A DNA stretch of 62,000 bases from Vicugna vicugna. Lineage: Eukaryota. The position numbers and the translations under genes are program-made. The notes under the pieces are model-generated. The model did no database searches and was not told the origin of the DNA. It saw nothing but the letters and a program-made list of their open reading frames with translations. Within the stretch, counting starts at the first letter, position 1. Each line of letters opens with the position of its first letter. Positions 36,470-49,461 of the stretch are shown piece by piece. The stretch covers positions 2,105,451 to 2,167,450 of the forward strand of contig MU058289.1 in the NCBI GenBank assembly GCA_013265495.1, read 5' to 3'.

Positions 36470-38710
36470 GTCTCCTAGGTTCTCTTTTCAGTTGTATTCA
36501 TCTTATCAAAGGACAACTTTTGGCTTTATAGCTTTTTCTCTATTGTATGTTTGCTTTTTAGTTCATTGAATTCTGCTTTTAAAAATTTCCTTTTAATTTC
36601 TTTAGGTTTCGTTTGTTTTTTTCCTCTACCTTCTTGAGAAAGAAGAATGGGGTATTTCTGAGAAGTTCAGATCATTGATTTTCAGTGTTCTTTTCTAGTC
36701 CATACACAAAGAGCTATAAATTTTCCTTGAAGCACTGCTTTAACTACAGCTCACCAGTTATGCTATTTCATGTTTTTATTTTCAAATGTCCTTGTTATTT
36801 CTTCTTTTAACAGTAGGTGTTTAGAAGCTTATTGCTTAATTCTCAAACAATTTTGGGCATCATAGTTTTCTTTCTGTTACTGATCACCAGTCTAATGCTA
36901 CTGTAATCAATCAATATTCTCTGAATTTCAATCCTTTTAAGTTTGTTGGAACTTCCAACCTGTGATCACTGTGATAAATATTTCATGTGTACTTGAAGAG
37001 AGTATGTAGTTTGCAGTTGTTGGCTGTAGTGTTGTGTATATATCAATGAAATCAAGTTGGTTAATTATATTGTTCATATCTTCTACATTTTTACTGATTT
37101 CTCTTGTTCTGACATCAGAAGAGGTATGTAGAAATCTCAAACTATGCTTGTAGATTTATCTGTTTTTTTTTATTTCTATTCTGTCAGTTTTTATAAATCA
37201 ATTGTATTGGAGTAAAATTTACATATAATAAAATTCGTTATGTGTATAATTCAGTAAGGTTTTAAAAATAGCTTTGTCGGGATATAGTTCACATTCCCTA
37301 CAATATACCCACTTAAACTGTACAATTAAATGCTTTTTGTATATTTATAGATTTCTGTAGTTATCATCACAATCAATTTTAGAATATTTTCTTCACCCAA
37401 AAAGAAACCTGTATCCATTAGCAATCATTCCTCTGGCCCCTGGCAACCACTCATCTACCTTCTGTCTTTGAGGATTTGCCTACTCTAGTATTTGATATAT
37501 ATGGAATCATGCAGTATGTGGCCTTTTGTATCTGGCTTCATTCATTTAGCGTGTTTTCAAAATTCAGCCATGTTGTACTATGAATCAGTACTTTGCCTAT
37601 TTTATGGCTGAAAAATATTCCAGTCTGTAGGTATATTGGTTTCTGTTTGTGCAATATGTCTTTTTCCATCCTTTCACTTTTAAGCAATCTGTGTCTTTGA
37701 GTCTAAAATGTCTCTTTAGAGCATACAGTTGGATCATGTTTTAAAATCCATTCTGCCAATCCCTGCCTTTTAATGGGAAAATTTAATCCATTTATATCTA
37801 AAGTAATTCCTGATAAGGAAGACCTTCCTTCTCTCATTTTAGTTTACATTTTCTATATGTCATTTATTGTCTTATTGTCTTTGTTCCTCAGTTTCTCCAT
37901 TACTCCTTCCTTTTGTGTTTAATCGAGTTTGCATTCATATCAATTTGATTTCAATAGTACACAAAAAATATTCTCCCTTCCTTTGTGCTGTTATTGCATA
38001 CAGATTGCATCTTTGCATATTTTGCGGTCTACACAGGATTATAATTATTGCTTTACACAGTTGTCTTTTATATCAGATAGGAGAAAAAAAGGAGTTAAAA
38101 ACAAAAAAATACATTTACACCGTGTCTCTACTTGCCTATATAATTACCTTCACCAGTGGTTTTTTCGTTTTTTCCTTACATGGATTTGAGTTACTCTAAT
38201 GTCCTTTCACTACAGTCTGAAAGATTCCCTTTAGTATTGCTTGTAGGGTAGGTCTTCTCATGATAAATTCTCAGTTTTTGTGTATCTGGGACTGTTTTAA
38301 TTTCTCTTTCATTTTTGAAGCAGAGCTTTGCTGGATATAGAATCTTGGTTGACAGATTTTTTTTCTTTTAGCACTTTGATTATGTCATCCCATACTCTGC
38401 TTTCTGACCTCTATAGTTTCTGAGGGGAAATCAACCATTAATCTTATTGAAGATCTTTTGTATGTGATGAATTTATTTTCTCTTAACTGCTTTCAAGATT
38501 TTCTTTCGACAGTTTGATTGTATGTCTGGATGTGGATCTCTCTGAGTTTATCCTACATGGAGTTCATTGAGCTTTATGGTTGTGTATACATTAATGTTTT
38601 TCATTAAACTGGCAGTTTTTAGCCATTATATTTTCAAATATTCTTCTTCCCCATTATCTCTTTCCTTTTCTTCTGGGACTTCTATTATGTATATGTTGGT
38701 GTACTTGATA
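36470..38710 (-). mobile_element. Antisense L1M relic with nested L1 3'-end fragments (~37200-37630)
   Basis: T-rich block; minus-strand ORF 36937..37140 (EISKNVEDMNNIINQLDFIDIYTTLQPTTANYILSSSTHEIF) resembles the L1 ORF2p endonuclease segment (LIDIYRTLHP..EYTFFS). Confidence 0.85.
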
Positions 38711-38975
38711 GAAGAGGCTATGCTGTGTCTGCCTAGCGAGGGTGGAGGATGGTGTTTTACAGCCAAGCAGCTTGGTCTCTAACTGACTGCACTTGGGGGA
38801 CCTGGCCCAGGCTGCCAGGTCTGCTGCAGAAAGTGAGCAGCAGGCCTTCCGTGGTCCAGGGAGTCATGAAGTTAAAGCTTGGGGCCCTTCTCTTAATATG
38901 TCTTGAATGATGTATTTCTTGCTGAGAGATGATAGATCATTGAACTAATGGGCTTGACTTGTTTTCTCTCTGTAG

Positions 38976-39020
38976 GTTCAAGGTCAACAACACCATTCTT
39001 CACCCGGAGATTGTTGAGTG
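38976..39020 (+). CDS. PEPD: PEPD exon 7 (FKVNNTILHPEIVEC)
   Basis: ttttctctctgtag|G TTC AAG GTC ... GAG TG|gtgagt; 45 nt, phase 2-2. Confidence 0.96.
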
Positions 39021-39769
39021 GTGAGTAGGACTTGTGTCCACCCTGGCTGTTTGCTGTGCTCCGTTCAGGAGGGTGAGAGACTGTTCAGCAGGCTGTGCCC
39101 ACCCACTCCCTCTCAGAGAGTCCCTCTTCTGTTTTGTTTGTGTTTTTTTCTGTGTCAATTGGTCTGTTTTTCCAAAATGGCATGAGTCACTCAAATGTTA
39201 ATAAAATTTCTCTTTTTCTTTATTTAGGAGTTTAAAAATCTTACCATAAATAAGCCAAACTTACATAACTCAGTTAAAGTAGACAGTGAAAAAAGTAAAA
39301 AGAAACATCATATGTAATCCTGTCACCAGGAGGTAAACATACTTTCCTCATGTCACGTGTATGTCTTGCCTAGTTGGCATCCTTTTTGCACGTCTTGTGT
39401 TGCCTGCATTCTTCCCTTGCTGGTGCTGGCAGCCCCTTTGTGTAGAGTGGTTTCTGTTGGGTCACTTCAGGCGAGCTGTCTCTGGCTGAGCATCGCCTCT
39501 GTGGACCCTGGAAGAGGCCCTCCAACTCTGATGTGCTACCAGTTTTCTTCCTAAGCCATCGAGTTGCTCTTTGATAGCACCGAACTGTTTTTAAAATTTG
39601 TTGTCTGGCTGCACGTCTTCTGAATGTAGAAGAGAGGAGAGGCAGGGCCTTCGCCACATCATCCCCTGACTGGGAGGTGTGTGAATGTCTCACGTTTGAC
39701 CCAAAGGCCGAGTACCAAGTTTCCCTGTCTGGTTGGGGGACCTTGCTCACCTAGGCTTGGAGCTTGGGG

Positions 39770-40620
39770 ACACTGTGACCTAAAGGTTGAGTCTGAGTCA
39801 GCTGGTGAGGTTGGGGGAAGTGCAGAGTTGGGGAGAAGGGGAGAGAATGATCCGGGCCAAGGGGCTGCTTATTCCAAGGCTGGAGACGAGAAAGGTTGGT
39901 GGCCTTGTGTGAACAGCGTAGAGCTACACACTGCGGAAGTGGTGCCTGATGTTGGTCAGATGGGCAGGGGCCAGCTCAGCCATGGTGTCTGCCTGGACGT
40001 CGTCTTGAGAGAAATGGGATCCAGGGAAACCCTAAAGGATTTAAGCAGGAGAATGGTAGGATCGGGTTTGCATTTTTCAAAGTTGTAGGTTAGGGGTTTG
40101 GGCTTAGCAGGTACAAACTACCGTGTACAAAGTAGACAAAGAACAAGATCCTACCGTATAGCACAGGGAACCACATTCAATAGCTCGTAATGTCCTATAA
40201 TGAAAAACAATATGAAAAGAAATACATGTGTGTGTGTAACTGAATCACTATGCTGTACACCAGAAACTAACATGACGTTATAAATCAACTCTACTTCAGT
40301 CAATCAGTCAATAAAAGTTGTGGGGCAGGAGTGGGAGCAGGCTGCTGCGGGGTCCCAGTGGCAGTGAGGGGGCGGTGACAGAGTAGAGAGTAAGGGGCGG
40401 TCACAGGGAATGCTCCTGGGAGGAGCTGACCTGGATGTCTGAGAGAAGGCTGGAGTGGAAGGTGTCTCCAGGTTTTTGTGCTTAACAGCTGGGAGGGGCA
40501 GGTGCTGTGGCAGATGAGGGGCTTGGAGGTATGTTGAGTTTGAGGCAGGTGCCAGTGGGAGAGAGGCCGGGCCACAGACGAAGGTCTGAGGGCTATCTTC
40601 AGGCACCACTATGCACCCTT
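39770..40620 (-). mobile_element. Degenerate L2 LINE interrupted by a younger L1 fragment
   Basis: aaggatttaagcaggaga...gggtttgcatttt and gttgagtttgaggcaggtgcc are antisense-L2-like. Confidence 0.55.
40090..40315 (+). mobile_element. 5'-truncated L1 3' end (artiodactyl/laurasiatherian type)
   Basis: tatagcacagggaac...aactgaatcactatgctgtacaccagaaactaaca...aataaa; TSD-like AAAGTTGTAGG / AAAGTTGTGGG. Confidence 0.8.
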
Positions 40621-41429
40621 GGGAGAGCTGGAGGGTGGGCCGTTTAGCAGTTCTGGTGGCGGCTGTGGCCCAGTGCCCATAGTGGCCACACACTCTGTGA
40701 TCCTGTTCCCGGCTGCCTCTCCTTGTTTTTGTAAAGCAGCAAATGCCTGGCCCATCTGCAGCCCCCACTTGGCAGAAGAACAAATCCTGGGTACTCAGGA
40801 ATGGGCCATTGTCCCCTTATGCCCCAGATGTGACATCCCTTGCAGCTGCTTATAGTCCGGATGCTCTGGAGACCAGGTCTGGGTTGTGCACCCCCACATC
40901 TCCCGAGGGACAAGTCATTAGTTCGTCACTTTGGAACAAGCATGCTTTAATTCCAGTGACATTTCCAAGGTTCTGAGGTAGAGTCTGCGTTCATAAGATA
41001 CTTACCAATTTTATTAAAGCCAGCAGCAGAAAGGACTTATTTGGCATTTGATGGCAGTAGAACTATTTTAGAAATGTCACATTGTCCTTAACTGCCTCAG
41101 GGGTGTGTTTTAGCAGCATGGGTTCTGGCCTCTGCAGGGACTGTGGTCATACTCGGCGAGATCCAAGGGGTCACAGTCATCGCTCCCTTCCAGTAACTGA
41201 AGGAAGGATTGGGGGAGGGGATGGCGGGCAGGCCCCTCATTTACAGGAGAGACTGGGCTTCCGTGGTGTTGAATTATGACTCATTGAGGTGTCTTTGGGT
41301 CCCTGTGTCCTGATTGCTTTTACTATCCCCTCTCCCTAGGCCCCTAGAGAGAGGCTGCCTCGTGTAATGGAAAAACTGTCCACTCAGACATATCCAAATC
41401 CTAACCCCAGCCCATCCCCAACCCTCCTC

Positions 41430-41520
41430 GGGAAGCCACTTAACTTTCCTGAGTCTCAGCTTCTTCATCTATGAAATTGCAGTGTAGTAATGCCTGACTC
41501 ACAGAGTGGACGTGAAGACT
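41430..41520 (+). mobile_element. MIR fragment
   Basis: cacttaactttcctgagtctcagcttcttcatctatgaaat. Confidence 0.7.
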
Positions 41521-41523
41521 CAT

Positions 41524-41871
41524 GCTGCCCAACAATTACCGTAGACCAGGTGGCTTATAAACAACAGAAATTGATTTCTCGCAGTTCTGGAGGCTGGGAG
41601 GTCCAAAGCCAAGGTGCTGATGTATTTGTCGTCTGGTGAGGACCCACTCTCTGGTCTATAGATGGCCAACTTCTTGCATGGCAGAAGGGGCGAGGGAGTT
41701 CTCTTGGGTCTCTTTTATAAGGTTACCAGTTCCAACATGAGGGCTCCACCCTCATGACCCAAGCCACACACCCCCCCCCACCAAAGCTTTATCCTACCTC
41801 CAAATACTGTCACACTGGGGATAGGAGTCAACCTGTGAATTTTAGAGGAAGCACAACATTCAGTGTACAGC
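41524..41871 (-). mobile_element. MaLR solo LTR (MLT1A-like)
   Basis: ggcttataaacaacagaaattgatttctcgcagttctggaggctggga...catgagggctccaccctcatgacc...caacattcagtgtacagca. Confidence 0.85.
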
Positions 41872-42009
41872 ACCAAGCCTCAGGTTCCTCACCTGCAATG
41901 TGCAAGTGGTCTCCCTCGATGGATGGCTCAAGGATTGAGTGAGAGCATAGCGCAAGTGCTAACACATCCCAGTAATATTAGCCATCACCTTTTGAGATGT
42001 TCCTTCTGT

Positions 42010-42190
42010 GTATAGGGTGCCGTGTTAAGCACTGGATACACGTCACCTTATTTAAAGAGATATTTCACTTGTAGGGGCTCTGATTATCCCCGTACTACAG
42101 ATGAGCCAACTGAGGCAGGGGGAGGGGATTTGCCCAAGAAAAAGCCAGGAGCTGAGCCCAGGCCAGTGGTTCCAGGCCCTTGTGCTGCCC
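42010..42190 (-). mobile_element. MIR SINE
   Basis: attatccccgtactacagatgagccaactgaggc. Confidence 0.6.
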
Positions 42191-45139
42191 CTTGTGGCTC
42201 TGAGGAACATCGTGGATTTGGGGGTGAGGGGGAGCTGTCTGAGTGTCAGCCTGTCTCTGGGTTCATTCTTGGCCACTGGACCTGCTCAGAAACCCCAGAA
42301 TAGATCTCGTGTCAGGCCAGGGTGTGGTGGGGTGGAGGGCCTGGGGATGTGCCTCTGCACTTCCTCCAGCACCGCGCCCTGCCTCCCCGGTGGCAGCTGG
42401 GCTGGGGAATTGGGATTCTTCCTGGAGCCTGTCTGATGGGGAGGCAGCAAGCAGCCTCTCCTAGCACAGGGGAAGCTTCCACTCTCGTTTGTGTTTGGGT
42501 GTCATTCATTTCCCTTCTGTGACTGCTTTATTGTTTTCCATTCTCTCCAGCAGTGCCTTTTTGATTTCCTGTAAATTCCTCTATAATCAGACTCCTCTTC
42601 CCCACAAACATGAGATCATAACTGATCATTCTTTTCCTTGTGCTGGGTATTGCAGCTTGAATGTGGAGGTCGAAAGTTGAAACTTAATAAGGGCAGGCGT
42701 CTCACTTCCATAATTTAGGCTGTGGTTCTGCTTTCCTGTTAGGCAGATGATGAAATTGATCTGAAGGTGGGGTAGGAAATAAAAGGAGATACTTCTATAC
42801 TGCTTAAGAGCTCAGCGCCATGGATTTCAGTTAAGCACCTCTGGAAGCGTCACAAAACAAGCATGTCAGCCATCGCCAGGCACCTTTGTGGGTTTTAAGT
42901 GTGACCATGTTAACCTGAGTCACATGCTGGTGTTAGAACTGTTGATTACACAGTGCCAAGGCGTCCTGTGCGCATTCATCAGGCAGTGGGGTAACCTGTC
43001 TATTTCTACTCCCCTGCCTTTCTGTGCACTGGAGACAGTGAGGTGCGGATGGTTTGGGGCAGACGCCATCTCAGGATCCTGCGTCCTGGGTAACGTGTCC
43101 CAAATTAGAAAAGATATGTTGATGATGACCTAGATTCTTGGTGTGTATATGGAAAGTATTCCAACAGGCGTCTGTCTTTGTCTCCCAATGAATAGGCGTT
43201 GAATCCTAAGTCAACGAGAAAGCCAAGAGGAAAGAGAGGATCAGAGAGTGGGGGGTACACCCAGCTTACTGTGCGCCAGAAGGTCAGACACAGGATGTGG
43301 GGGCGTCAGGCCCCAGTCCCGGGTCTTCCTGCACGTGATCTATGTCTGCCTGGCCCCGGTCAGGTCCCAGGCACCCTCAGCTCACAGCTGAGCTAAACCA
43401 CCGTTTTCTTCCTGGCTCTGGTTTCTTTGAGAGGACTTATTGATTGAGCCTCCTGGGGCTATGTAATTCCAGCCAGCTCTTTCCTTTCTATCCCTCCTGT
43501 TGTTCTGGGATTTTACCCCCTGCATCCTGAGGTCACGGGGTAGGGAGGGAATGGCCGTGGGGTTCCTAGGGTATTGAATTCCCACCCACCTCTCCCTCAG
43601 AACCAGCCCCTGCACATACATCTCCAGGAGAGATGGAATTCCTGTCCCTTCAAATGGGTTTTTGTTCAACACTGGCACTTTGATACTTAGAGACTGATTT
43701 TGGAAATCCTTCATCCTGTCTTGCTGCTGTTTTAATCAGTGGAGCATTCAGACCTCACTTAATTGATGTCTTAATCCTGAGTTTAATGCCCAGAGGCAGT
43801 TTTGTGACCTGGGAATATTTAAGGGGGGAAAAAAAAAAAGAGGTTGCACAAATGAATCTGAGCCTAGTCCAGTTTTTGTCGTTTTCTGCCTGTAGCAGGG
43901 GACTCTGGGCTGGCGTTGGGGAGGAGCCTCCGCGCCCCCCCCCCAACCCTGGCCCATGGTGCTGCTTTTCTCCTTGGTGTGGGGATCCTCACCAGCATGG
44001 CCACAAGCCTGGGACTCTGCCTGAGTGTCCGCGTCTTTCGCACACATCAGGCACCTCCTCTTGCTGATGGAAGAGCCTGACTGCCTTCTGCCCAGACTTC
44101 TTAAGTGGCATCCATGTTGCCCTGTCCTGAGCCTTGGTCCTCTGATGCTTCATGGTGGAGGTGGCCTTCATCCTCTCCTGGGGAGAGAAAGCTCATGGAT
44201 ATTAGTTCTGACCACCACCCTACACATCCTCGGGCCGGAGATGGCTGGGGCTGAGTGTGACACGAAGCACCCCTCACTCCAAGGCCTCCAGAGGCTGGAC
44301 CAGGGCGGGGTCCCCTCTCCTTGCCTTTTTGTGCTCAGGAGTAAAGGAGGTAGCCTCATCAGATTCAGGGCAGTGACTTCTTCCGGCAGATGAGGAGAAA
44401 CTGCCGAATGCTGAAAAGTCTTACTGCTTTCTGCAGTAACCTCAGAAACAGTTTCTGGTGCTGGTGGCGTGGGGATAACTGGCCAGGCTGGGACGCCTTG
44501 TGCTGGGGCGAGACTTCAGGCCCAGAGTGTCCTGTGGATAATTGGGTGAAGCCAGCACATGCCAGCCATCTACTTTCAGGGCCTTTAAAGCTTGGATTAA
44601 ATTGGGCCAGGCCAGTACTCAGCCAGGCCAAAGGGCCTGAGCATACCAGCTAGAGGTGTAGCTTGTCACCTTCCCCAAAGTGAAAACTGGAAAAGAAAGC
44701 AGGACTTTGGGCCTCGATGGCTGAGCATGGTTATTGTCTCTGATGGGCTGGGAGCATGGTCCGGGCCCCAAGCGTCCTCTCTCCTGGGGTGGATGGTGTC
44801 TTTTCCTGGCTCATTTCAGGATGAGAGGTGCTCACGCTGCAGGGAGGAGGCCCAGTGGCGAACCTGTGAGAGGCTCCTGGGGTTCAAATGCCGGGGCTGC
44901 CTCTTCCTACCTTTGTGGCGGGGGGCGAGGCAGTGTGGTAGGAGTTTGAGCCACTGAGGCCTTGGGGAGGTCCTGCCCCGGATCTGTCAGGCTGCACGAC
45001 ATCCCATGCTGACCTGGTGAGCTACCCAGCATGGGCAGGTTGCAGGAGACTTTTTTTTTTGAAATGAGCCATTATCTCTCCTGATTGGAGTAGGTGTTTT
45101 CCAGCTCCGGTGCAATGCCCAGGCGCTGTTCCTAACTCG

Positions 45140-46450
45140 TAGTTACTATGTGTCTGCTCTGGGCCAGGCTCTGTTCTGGCCCTGGGACCCTGCCCTCCGG
45201 GGCTGTGGGCCCAGGAGGAAACTTAAATGAAAATGAAATGACAAGTGTGATAACTTACTGAGGATTCACATAGCCTGCCCAGGGAAGAGAGGGAAGGGAT
45301 TTAGCCTGGGGAGGGGCTGGAGAGAGCCTTCCCCACCCCCCTTTTCTGAGGAAGGTGCATTTTAAGGTGAGACATAGAAGTTGAGAGGACAGGAGCCACT
45401 TCCAGTCCCTGTGGGGGTGGGTGGGGTAGGTGGTGGAGACACACGGGGTGGGGCCTGGGGAGCCTCCTGGTCACCTCGTAGTTTTAACTTCATCCAGACA
45501 ACATCTAGAGGCTGCTCAAGGTTTTAAGCAACGGAAAGCACGATCAGATTTGCATTGCCTCAAGGTCCGCAGCGTTGTCAGGGAGCAGACAGAGCTGGAG
45601 GCCCAAAGAGGCAGGAGAGGTTGTCCAGGCTGGAGACAGTGAGGTCTGGATGGAGAGAGAAGGGAGGCATGGGTGGTTGGAGAGGTGGAATTGCAGCCCT
45701 TGGTCATCAATTAGATGTGAGAGTGCCTGACAGATGGGAGGGAGGCGCCCAGCTCTCTGCATTAAGCAGCAGGGGCTGGGGAGCCGGAGGAAGGTGGGAG
45801 TTTCTGTCCTGCTGAGCTGGAGGTGCCTGGGGATCTGCAGGTAGAACACAGCTGAGAGGCCGGTGCCAGGGCCGGGGGTTTGGAAACAAATGCAGTGGCA
45901 AGGCTGAGGGGCAGCGGGTGGAGGGCCTGTCGGAGAGACAGAGGAGGGGAAGCAGCCAAGCGCGTGCCTGGCGGAGGCAGGGCTCACAGTGTCTCTGGGT
46001 TTGGCAGCCTTGGGGGTCGTTATCCCACACACTGATGTGGGGGGGCAGGCAGAGTGGTGAGGGGTAAAGGGAGAAGAGGAGAGGGGAGAGGGTTGGTGAG
46101 AAGACGGGGAAGGTCCGTGAAAGCTGCTTTCCTTCCTCTCCAAGGCAGGGACCATGAGGGTTTCCCTTCCAGAGACCTGGCTGGGTAGTGGGGGTAAAGC
46201 TTGCTGGAGGAGGAGGAGGGGAGTGAGTGGTCACAGAGTTTCCAGCAAGCGGGGCAGGTGCACGGAGGTGGCTCGGGGCTGGGATCTGAGCCCAGGTGTG
46301 TGTACTTTGGGAGGGGCTGAACCTCCTTGGCAGGAGGGCATCCCTTCCCTTGTAAGGGGTGAGGGGAGGAGAGGGTGGAGGAGGGGAAGGCTTGGGAGTT
46401 TGGAGAAGAGGTGAGAATATGCCCACCTGCTGGCTTCTGTGTTCACCATG
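45140..46450 (-). mobile_element. Degenerate L2 LINE
   Basis: actatgtgtctgctctgggccaggctctgttct, aggttttaagca...gatcagatttgcatt and a purine-rich body. Confidence 0.5.
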
Positions 46451-48413
46451 AAGCAGTGGAGTTCATTCACTTGAGCAGGAGCCCTGGGAGGGCTCCGAGG
46501 TGGAGCCAGTGGAGAGGAGGCTGCCTGCTCCGAGTAATTCCTGGCAGAGCTGGGGCGTGCTGAGGCCCCTGGGGGCTGCCTGGGCCGCCCGCCCAGCTGT
46601 GTGATTTCCCGTCCACCCTCGTGTCCTGCACGCACAGGCATGGGTTCCGGTTCATCCCTCATCGGGGTTTGGCCAAGCCCGCGTGGATGGAAGGGCTCAG
46701 GGCCTAGGAGTCTAAAGTGCTGACAAGAGCGGTGGCTAGAGACTGGGCCAGGGCTCCAGGCCAAAGAGCGAGGCAGAGGGTCAGAGGCGGCACGGCCTGG
46801 GCCTGGTTCCCACCTGTGTTGTCACTCTGGTCATTACCGCATCGGAGGATAGAGAGGCCCGCTCCCCGCCCACAGGTCCTCGGGCTCTTACAGGGTGGGA
46901 ACGAAGCACCAGGGGCCACTAGGTTTTTCTGCATGTGGATCTGGACCCCACCCTCCGGGGCACAGGAACAGCTTTCTGTTCCCCTAGGTGGAACTGCTCC
47001 CAGCACCCGGAGGTGGAACCGGGGCACCTCTCTGATGATAAAGAGCAGGCTTAGGCTTCAGGGTCTGTGCCTCGAGAAAGAAGTTTTGAACAAAATCTCA
47101 GTGGGATGGGGGTTTGTCTTTCCCACAGTCCCCGGAAGATTTTATAGTCTTAGGAAGGCGTCACTGTGCTGGAAGATGCCGTCCTCACTTCCTGAGTGAC
47201 GAGTGGCTGGCTGTCCCAGCTGGGCACCATGGAGACAGCGTGTGTCAGTGGCTTCCTGTGATGGGGGTGGGAGCCCCTTTCCCACTGTCCTCAGCCTGTC
47301 TGGGCTGAGGCCAGCTCAGGGCCATCACAGTTCAGAGGTGGATGGTGGCTGGATGAGAGGTGCACTATGGATGGAGGTGCAGGCGCTAACCTGCCACCGT
47401 CAGACATTCAGCTCTGCTGATCTTGAGTGCGTTCCCTTTGTGAGAGGGGGAGGTGGCCATGTGGGAGCTTTAGTGAAGGCAGGTCACCTCTCGTAAAGGG
47501 AGCAGAGTGGGCCATGGGGATGCACCGAGGACTCTGTGCACTTAAGGACTGGGTAGGGCTGCCCGAGACCTGGAGTTGCTTACGTGAAATGGGTAGAAGT
47601 ATGAAAGTGACTATTTATGTAGCTTCCCTGAAGAAGTCTTGGAGTTGAGATTGATTGCAAAGACTGGAAAGCTAACTAAATTTGGGCAAATTAACATGAG
47701 TTTATTGTGAGGACTCCCCTGGAGTTCAGTTGGCAGGAGGCACAGCTGAGCCTTGAAGGGACAGCAGGTTCTCTTGGTTGCACTGCCTTGCCCCACAGAA
47801 AGCGCCCTCCCTCATTGCTCGTAGTCTCGTGCTTCTCTGCAGACCTGCTGTTTCCACGTTCACATTTGCACACAGGGCTGGAAATGACGGCACTGCTCCA
47901 CCCCCATTCCCACCCCCACCCAGCCTCATGCAGGGGGCCTGAGTCCCAGGGTTTTCCAGAGCACCTTCTGACAGATGGAGGTGGGGTGGGGTGGGGAGGA
48001 AATGGGAGGACTCTTCAGCCATCTGGGCAGAGTCCTGGGAGTCAGCACACTTAAGACTCAGGTCTAGCAGCCTTGCCATGTAGATTGTATCCCCATTTAA
48101 TAGATGAGCAAACAGTCTCAGCGAGGCAGGGTGTGTCTGGCTACAGAATCTGGGCTTCTGCCACCCACAGCGGCTTCCAGATCTTGTACCTGCAGACATC
48201 CTGCACACCTGAGGCTGGCATGGGTGGGGATGGACCATGCTCAGTGCAGCTTCTTGCTCCTGGGGCTTGGTGGCCCCTCCTACCCCCACCCACGCCCCAG
48301 CAGCCCATCTGCAGCCCTGGGCTCCTTCCCAGGCTGGACAGAGCGTGGAGGTCTCCCTGTAGGAAGTCACTGGAAGTCACTGACTCGCTGTTTCGTTTTT
48401 CTCCTCTCTGCAG

Positions 48414-48489
48414 CCGGGTCTTTAAGACGGACATGGAGCTGGAGGTCCTGCGCTACACCAATAAAATCTCCAGCGATGCCCACCGGGAG
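48414..48489 (+). CDS. PEPD: PEPD exon 8 ([25 protein letters not shown])
   Basis: ctcctctctgcag|C CGG GTC TTT AAG ... CGG GAG|gtaagc; 76 nt. Confidence 0.97.
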
Positions 48490-49414
48490 GTAAGCTGGGC
48501 ACTGGCTCATTGAAGATGCTGTTCCGGGTGGGTTGGGGAAGCAGCAATGCTCTGTGTGGGGCAAGAGGACAGTGCTGAGATGATCAGTTCTGGGGTGACT
48601 CTGGTCCCCATGGCCACATCAGCAGGCAGGAAGTGTCGCTGCAGGCTGGAGGTGGGGTGTTGAGTCTTTACTGCTCCCCAGCGGGGAGAGGGCAGTGGGG
48701 GCAGAGGCCCTGCCTCAGTTCCTCACCATAAGGGAACCCACCCTCAGGGAATTTCCCAGCAAGAAGTCCGGAAGGATCGGGGTCTCCTTCCTGGTGTTCC
48801 GGCAGTCCCAGCTTCTCTTAAAGAATCTTTGGTCCTTAACCGTGATTCAGGCTCATTTATTACCATCATCCGTTTTCTGAAAACACCTTCTCATGGTTCT
48901 TTCCCAAACCTTCACACTCTATACCTGAGGAGCAGGAGCAAGTAAGGAAGTGGATTTCTTGAAAAAGTTCCTGGCGATTGGGATAGCCCAGCGCTTGCTC
49001 ACTGACATTTGCTGCTTTGTGTCAGGAGACAGACGGGGGTCATTGGAAGCACCAGAACCTCTTGTGTGAGTTCATTTTCTCTGTGCTTTATAAGGAAGGG
49101 ACCCTTTTAGGATAGTTGTTACAGCCCCCTGAGCATTAAGGATTCACCAAACACGCTTTGGTTAAATCTTTACTTGCCTGCTGAGTGAGGTGTTTATTGG
49201 CTTCCGAATATAAATGCTCCAGGGTGGTTTAAATAAACTGTGTGGCTTTGGAGCTTTACAAAAAAAAGTTCTAATTTGTCACATTTCTGCACCACTGTGT
49301 GCACATATTTTTTTTAAAGAAGAGATTCTTTTGAAAAAGTGCTATACATTATTTATAAGGCAGTGTTACTTATCTCCATAATACAAATGTCTGTGCTTAA
49401 TATCCATCCTCCAG

Positions 49415-49461
49415 GTAATGAAGGCTGTAAAAGTGGGAATGAAAGAATATGAGATGGAAAG
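49415..49461 (+). CDS. PEPD: PEPD exon 9 (VMKAVKVGMKEYEME)
   Basis: atccatcctccag|GTA ATG AAG GCT ... GAA AG|gtaagc; 47 nt. Confidence 0.96.

Noticed and set aside
36937..37140. L1 endonuclease-like ORF as a domesticated gene
   Set aside because: A 67-aa fragment within a heavily mutated L1, with no flanking intact frame or splice structure.
48362..48381. 10-bp tandem GGAAGTCACT x2 near the exon 8 branch point
   Set aside because: Too short to distinguish from ordinary slippage; the branch-like CACTGAC and the pyrimidine tract are intact.
48460..48465. AATAAA inside exon 8
   Set aside because: It is dictated by the Asn-Lys codons (AAT AAA) and lies just upstream of a strong donor, which should suppress cleavage.
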